Below are positions 1 to 9,700 of a stretch of DNA of 39,795 nt, piece by piece. The DNA lies in assembly GCF_001194135.2 (NCBI RefSeq), contig NC_068997.1, positions 50,954,183 through 50,993,977 of the forward strand, given 5' to 3'. A program made the position numbers and the translations under genes. Each line of letters starts with the position of its first letter. Position 1 is the first letter of the stretch. This DNA is from Octopus bimaculoides. Lineage: Eukaryota. The notes below the pieces were generated by a model. That model worked only from the letters and a program-made list of their open reading frames with translations. It searched no databases and was not told the DNA's origin.

Positions 1-1255
1 CACCACCACCACCACCACCATCATCGTCGTCGTCGTCGTCATCATCATCGTCATCATCACGTGCCATTTCACAGACCATTATCAATTAGATGCAATAAAT
101 AGACGAAATGTCCTTGTTTTGTTTCCGAAATGCTAACCCCTTTTCTCTTACACATGTTTATCAATTCCTTTAACAACCAGAGAGAGAGAGAGAGGGAGGG
201 AGAGAGAGGGAGGGAGCCGATCCCATCATTGGTGCTATTCTTTATCCTAGTGTAGGATATCTCACATTAGATTCAAATCATCATCGCCATTGTGCATATC
301 CTGTTACGGGCGTTGTAGCTATGATGTCATGATAATAATTTTGGGAAGTAAAATAAATTTATTTTGGGGGAGAGAAGGAGAGTTGTCTGTGTGTATGTGT
401 GTACTGGAATTGAAATGCCACCTATCCCCCTTGGGGTTATTCAGGGTACGTTTGTTGACTTCGTACCACGTACCAAACCAGCATGGCGGCCATCACCTCC
501 TTCTGGCAGTACACACACTCACACACCTCACGTCACTATTCTTATCTTTCTCGTACACACGCACGCACACACACACACACAGAGCTATAAATAGCAGCAT
601 GTAAATATATAGTTGAAAAGCCTTTTTTGGATTGAAATTGTTGATGACTGATGACTGCCCGTGGGACACGAACTCACATCTCTTGTAGACATGGCAGGCG
701 TCTTAAACTATTTACGTTCCCATAACTTAGCGGTTCCGCAAAAGACACCGATAGAAGGACTAGGCTCCAATGAAAGAAATTTGGTCAGGGGCCTTTTGTA
801 ATTATGGCTTTGTTTTTGGATAAACACTTTACGCCGGGTCTTCTTTATTAGATTTTGAACAACCAGATTACTGGGTTTATGATAATGGTATGGTTCCCCG
901 ACTCTGAGCACTCACCATCACAACTTTACCAATTACAATGTAACATAATTAACTCATTACTTTAGAAATGTATTTTGAGGTTACTGTAAAAGATGGTGGT
1001 AGGAAAGCGACGATTTTATTACATGTATTGGAGAGGGAGGTGGGGGTGAGGTGGGGTTTTTTAAATTTTTTATATGTATCATACCTTTTATGACGATGAA
1101 CAAATTTATGCGAAAACAAATAAATTTACAAGCGTTTTATTTCAGCCCAGAAAATTATTTGATTTATGAGAGTAATATGTTCCAGATGATTTAATCTCAG
1201 AAAAAAAAGTAAATTTTGTTTTTTAATCGCTACTTGATTATATTTCATGTAAAAG

Positions 1256-1293
<38 letters not shown>

Positions 1294-1530
1294 TGTAAAA
1301 ATATATATGGTATTTTGATAAGTATGTTACCGATAGTGCAACAGTAGATCAATTTATCGGGAAACCAAATCACATCGTGAGAATAAAATTGTTTACTGCA
1401 GTCATTCAACATGATAGTTAGTTGATAGAAATATCTTAAGACGTATGAACTTGTTGAACAGCAAGCAAGATACGTGGATAAGGTATATCTATTAGTTACG
1501 ATGAAGATAATAAATATTAATTTAACTTAA

Positions 1531-1766
1531 TCCTTTACCTGTCCTGTGTATCACTTGTGATAGACAGGACATATTTCCCTAGTTTCATGCATTATACATG
1601 ATACATATTCTTAATTTATTTTTTACTCATCAGTGTTTATTGGGACTTATGAAAGGAAAGGTTTGCACTATTCAGAACGAATGATAGAAGGGCTAGACTA
1701 AAAGTCTGAAAACAAGCATGGACGTTTCAGGACAAACTTATGAAAATATTTTGGACAGGCAAAGGG
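1531..1766. mobile_element. piggyBac-type MITE, with a second degenerate copy at about 2090-2316
   Basis: TTAA|TCCTTTACCTGTCC ... GGACAGGCAAAGGG|TTAA. Internal sequence (GACAGGACATATTTCCC..GGGACTTATGAAA..CATGGACGTTT) is repeated at 2090-2316. Confidence 0.7.
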
Positions 1767-4700
1767 TTAACCCTTGACCAGCGTGACCAAACGAACCAAT
1801 AATCAAAGGTGGTCCAACGTAATTATTTATTTTTTTTAGATATAGTGTATCAAAGAATGCATTAGTGTTATGTACCTTAGTTGAAATTTATAGAAAAGCA
1901 AAAAACGAAGACAGGTGTATGGACAACAAGCAAGTGTATTAGTTTGACGCTCGGGAAAATGAACAAGACTTTTACGCTTCGAGCCTACGCTCTTCAACAG
2001 AAAGGGAAGAAGAGAAAATAAACAGAGAGAGAGAATGAAGAAAACTGGTAGCGGTCAGCCGTCCAACATGTACCTTACCTTGTTCTTGTTTAATACTTTG
2101 CTTGTCCCTGTCTCATATGTAATACAGACAGGACATATTTCCCCGGCTTTTGTGCATCGTATCTGATGCAGATCCTCAATTTTTGTTTCAAGCACCAGAG
2201 TAACTTGGGACTTATGAAACGAAAGCTTTGCATTACTAAGAAAGTATGAAACAAGGGCTAAAAGTCTTAAAACAAACATGGACGTTTAAGACAACTTATG
2301 AAAATGCTTTGGACATTAACCCATTCGAGTTAAAATTATTGAATCCCACTCAAGTCATATTATTGAGGTTCCACCCGAATTAAATTTATTCAGGTGTTAC
2401 TCGAGTCATATTTATTCAAAATCCACTCGATTCCCTATATTCAGAGAATATTTATTGTCAAACCTATGACTAGCAACCATTTATTCGACCTCGAAATAGT
2501 TTCACCATTTGGCTCGATTAAAATAAACAACATCATTATTCCCTCTCAACAGCAAAAGACGATTCCGTTACTAAACAATTTCCTGAACTATTCAAAGATA
2601 CCCATGGCTAAATTAGAAGTCATTATGTTAAAATTATCGCTCAACCGTGATATAAAAGCCAGTAAAGCAACCGGTGACACAAAGACAGTTTTCTATAAAG
2701 GAAAAATAGAAAAAAAAAACAAAGACGGAAAAAAAACTGGACGTTTGTTAACCTGCTTAGGAAGATTACTTTGCAAACGAATGTTTTCGGGTTTAGTGCC
2801 GTTGCGTAGCACCTTGGGCAAGTGACTTCTATTGTAGCCCTTGGACATCACAATGCCTTGAGAGTGAATTTGGTCGATGGAAACTGTGGAAGCCCGTCGT
2901 GTATATATATCTATATAAAAATGTAAGAACTTACTGTGGACAAGGGTGCGTGTACTTAATGTGTGTGTGTGTGTGTATATATATATATGGCTGCAGTCTC
3001 ATGACTGAAACAAGTGAAAGATAAAAGATGGTGGCGGGTTAAAGACCTCAACATAACTCTAAACATCTGATTTACGATATTGCATCTCATTACTCTCTCT
3101 CTCTCTCTCACACACACTAAATCGGTAGAAACGCACTTTTAGTATAGAATGAGGCGGATTGAACAGTTTAGCTTTATTGTTTTAAATCTTGGAATTGAAC
3201 CGACACGGAATTAAATCAGCGATGTGACTTACTTCAAAAGTCTTACAGCACGGATTTAATTAAGAAATTAATGAGGATTAATCATCTTCCTTGGTTGCTC
3301 CATGCCACGTTTAATCATTACGGCAGACGTCCCACGGAAACTGGCAAACAAAAAAAAAAAAAAAAAAAAAAGGAAAAGAAAGAGAAAAAACAGAAATTGT
3401 TGGGGGGCGGGGGAGTATCAGTAGGATGGTAAACAAGAGAAGACGAAAAATTCCAGGAATTAAAGCGATGCATAACATCTCATGAAATGTTATCACATTT
3501 TGACACTTGATTGAAAGCTATTTATGATGATAGCATCTTCTCTGTTGGATTGGGCGCCATATCGACATAACTTGACTCTAGGGGAGAATGTCACGATATT
3601 TTTACGTATCCAAATTCTATGAGTTTGCGAAAAATTACACACACATACGTGTATGCATGCGTATATCTATCTATCTATGAAAGCAAATAGAACAAGAGGC
3701 AAGAATTTTAATACTGCTGTAGAGGTTACACCTGTTTCATAATCCACTCATAATTACAGCATCAAATTCAATGTAAACACGCATAACATATAGTTATATA
3801 TGAGGCAATATTTCATGCCCAGATGCTCTTCCTGTCACCAACTCTCATTTTTTTTTTTAGTAAGAAATATTTTTATTCCAGAGTTCTTCGGAAGTGTAGA
3901 GCGATCGGTCATAATGTCAACATCATAAACATTTTGCTCAAACGGTGACCAGTATAAAGTATCAACATTCTTGCACACTAGCGCATATATAATGAGCATT
4001 ACATATTTCTTTATTTGTGCATTTTTGACTGACAGCTGTTTCTGATATGCATTATAAATGCGTTCATAGTTCTGTTTACTCAATCGGTCTCTTGATCGAC
4101 TGAAAAGAATTGAACGACATTAAAATAGATGTCACCATCACACACAATAACTGGCCCTTTTTGTCTATGCAGACGGTCAGTTTAGCTTAGAGGTCACTTA
4201 ATCGAACATATCAGGGGCTCCTTTTCTTGCAGCTTCTTCCTGTGATTGAAGCACAGCTTGTCACAGTACTTGCATACACATATACACACACGAAGTTCTT
4301 CCTGCAGTTTCTGTCAACCAAATCCACCGAAAAAAAGACATCCACCCTAGGTGCTGCAGTTGGGACTGAACCCAAAACCACGTGATTGAAAAGCGGACTT
4401 GTTAGCCAAGCCTATACATATTTAGTATAAAGACTTGTCACATTATTGTCCTCAGTTTTATGTAGGGTCTCAATTGATATAAATTGTCAAACACTTATAA
4501 TTTTATCAGTGGCCCTTATAATACTAATGCGAGTCCTCCAAAATCTTATATGAAACCCCAGTCTCAGACAAATTGATACCTGTATTCTTTTTGCTGAACC
4601 ACTGAGCTACAAGAAAAGAAACAAACCTAGTTATCATCAGTGCATGGGTGTGGACAAAGACACACAATGTTGGGCTTCTTTCAGTTTCTGTGAACTAATC

Positions 4701-5699
4701 ACAGTGGTACTGATGCTATTGGTCTCCTTTTGCCAAACTGCTAAGTTACAGGGACAAAAACAAACCAACACTAGCTGTCAACTTGTGGCGGAGGACATAT
4801 ACACACACAATGGGCTTCTTTCAGTTTCCATCACTCACAAGAAGACCCAAAGCGTGATACAGAGGAGGTGAACCTAATACCAGCATTCTTACAACTACTA
4901 ATTCAACCTGGTTCAACACCACTACCAATGTTTAAAAGAATGGCATTTCACCTATATAATCATTTACAGAATAGAAATAAAAACAAAATGCACATATAGA
5001 AATAATCTGTTTACATACACCATATCAAATAGTGCCCTTGAAAGGGATAACCCATTTGATGCCACCCTGTCTAAAGTGATCTAAGCTAAAACCCCTTGAA
5101 ATTTTCATGATCATGTTCCAGATGGACTCAGCAACATAAGAGTCAAGACCAGTCCCTCCGGTGGGGCCATGGAAGTGCCACACAAAACCACCCAGCTGTA
5201 GAAACAATATCAAATCAGAGTCTGAGGTAGCTCTGCACAAACTGTCCCATACCAGCATAGACAATGGACGTTAGATGATGATGATAGCAGTTATGCAAAA
5301 GGGACTAAGAATACAGGAACTTAAAAGTGTAGTTCTGCTGCAATAAGCCCTAAAATGGTAATAAAATATTTACATATCCCAGCTGAGTAAGTCATCCCAC
5401 AAACACACTGCAATTAAATTGTTTACAAAGGAAATTACAGAAAAATAGATAAATGCAGAGATGCAAGACCATCCCATAATTAGCCAGACAGTCAGAACTT
5501 GATAGACAATAAAACAACCTAAGCAATTAAAATGTGACCCAGATCAACAATGATAGCCACAACACAGTAACCGGATACTAGAAAACCAATCTTGTTACAA
5601 TAACTAATAAAGGTAAAAATATTTTCCAGTGAAATGCTTCAGCATGGCAGCTAACAGGGAATGTGAAATTGTAGCTCTGTAAAACAGACATAGCAAAGA

Positions 5700-6364
5700 T
5701 GTAGCTTCAAGGATTGGAGTCGATGCCAAAAGAGTTCATAATGTCATGAAACACTAGTGTGATGGGTTCAAATGACATCTAATTGGATGCCATTAGAAAG
5801 AGAGAGTCACAAAATCCACAGAGAAGAACAAGGTAAATGGCTAAGTCACAATATCTCCCAGACAACCATGCAATGGGTTGTAAATCATCAAAATTGCAAT
5901 TGCTTCCAGACAGGTGCAAGGAATTGGCAGGAGATTCAGAGTGCCAGTGACAATGTCTCTCCATCTAGGTAGACAAAAAGACATTCACTGTAGAGGCTAT
6001 AGCAAATCAAAATAACAGGATCTTGGCATGAGGTTGGATGCGGTCCCAGAAGGTACCTCCAGGGCGTTTCACTGAATGAAACCCACCAGTGATGGTTTGG
6101 GTGGCAGTGTCATTCAATGCTGCAAAATCTCTGGTGTTCACTAAAGAGAAAATGGAAGTCAATTTACATGAAAACATTTCGCCATGGATGACCGAAGAAT
6201 GTGGAGACAATTGTTCACACAAAATAGCAGTTGTACAGGAGCCATTTCAGCAGGTTCCCCACCCCATGGACTTCGCTAGTTGGTCCATTCTAGAAAGGGA
6301 CACTTCAAGAATTTCTCAAAGATATCACTCTGAAGACAGCCATAGTCATGTGGTATTCATGTGA
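5700..6364 (+). pseudogene. Decayed Tc1/mariner transposase, DD37D (maT)-like
   Basis: Frameshifted fragments VDKKTFTVEAIANQNNRI (like SDEK.FTVE..N.QNDR), VMVWVAVS...LVF, PHPMDFASWSILE. Confidence 0.7.
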
Positions 6365-6514
6365 CTGATGTCAGCTGGCGATGGGCAATTGTAAAGGCTG
6401 ATGGAACTAGTTTCCTGGTTTCTAATCTAAGGGAAATAACCACAGTATAGCGAAGGGAGGCTACTTGTTTGAAGTGTAAAACGAGATCTAAAAATTCAGT
6501 AATGTTTGAATACT

Positions 6515-6550
6515 TTTATTTGAATAAGAAAGTCATGGAAATCATTTATT
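6515..6550 (-). terminator. ATIC polyadenylation signals (two AATAAA)
   Basis: tttatt on + at 6545-6550 and 6515-6520, about 38 and 68 nt downstream of the stop codon. Confidence 0.6.
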
Positions 6551-6587
6551 AGAAAAACACGAACAGAGATTCAGTATTGGTGGAGAA

Positions 6588-6707
6588 TTAATGATGGAAC
6601 AGACGCAGATTGGTGTGAGCCAAAGCAATGCCAAGGCCGTTGCAAGCCTCAATAACAACCGCATCATTAGCAGAACCAGCAGGAGAGGCAATGTACTGTA
6701 CTCCACT
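6588..6707 (-). CDS. ATIC: ATIC exon 19, terminal ([39 protein letters not shown])
   Basis: cag| acceptor, TAA at 6590-6588, canonical LFHH C-terminus. Confidence 0.97.
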   Translation of the reverse strand, partial: SGVQYIASPAGSANDAVVIEACNGLGIALAHTNLRLFHH

Positions 6708-9700
6708 CTGAAATAGAAACAATGAAAACAGTTTTAAAACAAAATTAACCACTTTTTAAAAGAAAATTCCAGAAATCAACGAAAATATTTGAGTAAACTT
6801 CAGAAATGCTAAGTGTGTTCAGAGGAAATTCCAGAAGAATTACCATCACACGAACGAGACTAAACTTTCATCATGAGTTTACTTAACACGAATGTGGAAT
6901 ATCTACTATTTACATACCCGATAGGCACGATCTATGTTGTCCCTGAAAGGGAAGAAGGCGTCGGAACTCAGAGAAACTCCATCTAGACGTTTTATCCAAT
7001 CAATACGATCTTCCTGAAATTTAGAGAAAAAAAAAAAAAAAAAATCACCATTAAAATAATGAAGAATTTGGAAGTTGTGCAGTTCTAATCTTCCTAGCTA
7101 AAAACTTACTTTTGAAGTCTCACAGCCCCCTTAACTGCATAGGGTTCACTACCCACCCAAAACATATACAAACTAAAAATCGTATCTCATCCTGTTATCA
7201 GTTCTGCTTATCAATAACTTGTGATTTTAAAATTTGATGCTCATTTATGTCCCAAACACCTGCCTAATAGATAGCGAGCTTATTTTAACAAACCCATCAA
7301 ACTTAATTGAAATATGGCAGTGTTGATTCAGACAGAAACAACCAACAGGAATTCTACCTTGCCTCAAAATCTCTAAAATGGTGGAACAAAACAACATGCA
7401 CAAACCTCTGTGAACTCTGGTGGACGTTCCTCAAACAGATCTTCCCAAGTTGAAAGGGTCATATCCTGCAACGACAAAAAAAGAAAAAAGATGGTTATAA
7501 ATTCACATGAAAATATAGGCTTTGAGTCATAATCCCAATTGACTAAATAAGCTGAAAATCTCAACATACCTCACCAACAGTTCCAAGAACATAAACATCA
7601 ATAGCATTGGACATTTCTGCTCGTTTCACACCCTTCTTGAACTTCATGCCAAGAACATTAGGATGCTGTCGCAACCACCTTAGAGGAAAAGAAATACAAG
7701 AAGTTAATGCCCACAGGAGATAAATGATGGATTGAGACTACAACAAACAACTGGAATAATACAAAGTTTGGTTAGAACTCAGATACAGCCTCTTCAAATA
7801 TCTCCATAATGAAATCAGAAGAAGAAATCATCACAGCTCTCCAAAGAAATCAACCAGAAAACTGACACTCACCAGTTGTCAGCCTTGTCTCCAGCCAACC
7901 GTGTACAATGAATTCGCGATTGCTGGCCAGCACCGATACCAATCACCTAAAAATTAACCAGAGAAAACCGTTTTGAATAATACCCAGATTAACACAGCTT
8001 ATCAAAGAAGAGGAAACTCAGGAAGAGAGAGAGAGCAAAGCAACTGTACCTGTCCATCACGAGCATAGCAAACGGAGTTAGACTGGGTATACTTCAAAGC
8101 GATGGAAGCCACCAACAAATCACGGATAGCAGAATCAGGAAGCTGTAACAAGCAGAGAGAATGAGACACCATAATTATGAAGGGAGGGCAAAATTCTCAC
8201 CATACATATTAAACATAGAAACGTATAAAAGCAATCCACTTAAGAATAAAGTACTCATCCCCCACCACACCAAAGGTTACCCTGCCCAGGGGTCCCTTTT
8301 CGTTATTATACTTGCAAATCACTTGACAACTCCACCCATGCCAGCACCAGAACACCGAGTACAACTTAAACAATCAAGAGGGGATCCAATAAAGTATTTC
8401 TTAAAAAAAAAAAAAATTTTTTTCCTTATATATGGAGACTTTTGAAACAGCCGGTACATTAAGCAATATCGATAGAGCAAGCCTTAACACCTCTTGCTTT
8501 AGAAACTTGGTCTTAATACCATTACATGAAAGCAAATATCTTTCAAAGATTCCATAGCTTCGTATGCAAACCCTGAGAGAAAGTACTCAATAAGCTGCAC
8601 GGCGCAAAATAACACTCACCTTCTTGCCATCTGTCACCACGTTGTTGAAGAGATCTTTAGTAATAGGAGCATTATTACGGAGTTGCTGCAACTGCAACCC
8701 GAACAAAGTTCTGGTTTCAACAGGAGGGGCATCATAGTTGGGATCAATCTGAAAACCAGGAATCACATGATCAGCCAAAGCGAAAAAAAAAAAGCAGCAT
8801 AACTTAATAAACTCAGCAATTCAATAAGTTGTAGAAAATAAGATTTACGTTACAAACTAATTAGCAATTAAACACGAAATTATTATCAAAGGAGGGGATC
8901 AGAATTATAAGTTATGATCATCCACCCGTGGACAGGGAATGCAGTCAAGAACTGACCACATTCCTGTGACACAAAGGGTCAGTTGACACGCATGTAGAAT
9001 ATCATCATCTCCCCATACCTTAAATATAGATATCATCAGAAGAACAGGTAAAACAATAACCCCTTACCTGTAACACACAATAGTTGCCACCCTTTTTCTT
9101 CTTGAGAATTGTAAGAGCATTTGCCTCGTATCCAGGAGCTATGACGCCGTCTGAGACCTGAGAGGAAGAGAAAAAGAATTACTGAAACCATTCTAGCAGA
9201 TTAATAATGCAAACGGACAGGCATAGAATTCTATATAAATAAATGGCGGAGACGGACTATATGTAATCTGAACCCCCCCCCCTTATTAATTTTTTTTTAC
9301 GGAATCCCACGTTTTAGGCTATGGAGATTCCGATTCTGAAAAAAAATTTCAATTCCTCCCTCCNNNNNNNNNNAAAAAAATTTCAATTCCTCCCTCCCCC
9401 CACCAAACAGGCTATTTACATGCTAGAAATAACAGCTAAATCTCACAAAACTGGCGTTAGGGTTAGGTTTACCCTGTGGATCTATATAAAAACCGGGGAG
9501 GGGGGGAATCGAATTTTTGTTTACAGAATCGGAATCTCCATAGCCTAAAACGTGGGATTCCGTAAAAAAATAAATAAGGGGAAGGTTCAGATTACATATA
9601 GTCCATCTCTACCTAGAATTCTATATAAATAAATATCTGCCAAATGTAAATAAAACGCATAAATAGGTTTATAAAATTAGTTGCTTCAGAACAGCGAGAT

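Noticed and set aside
708-911. 67-aa minus-strand ORF in a CpG-richer block
   Set aside because: No recognisable homology and no convincing splice context.
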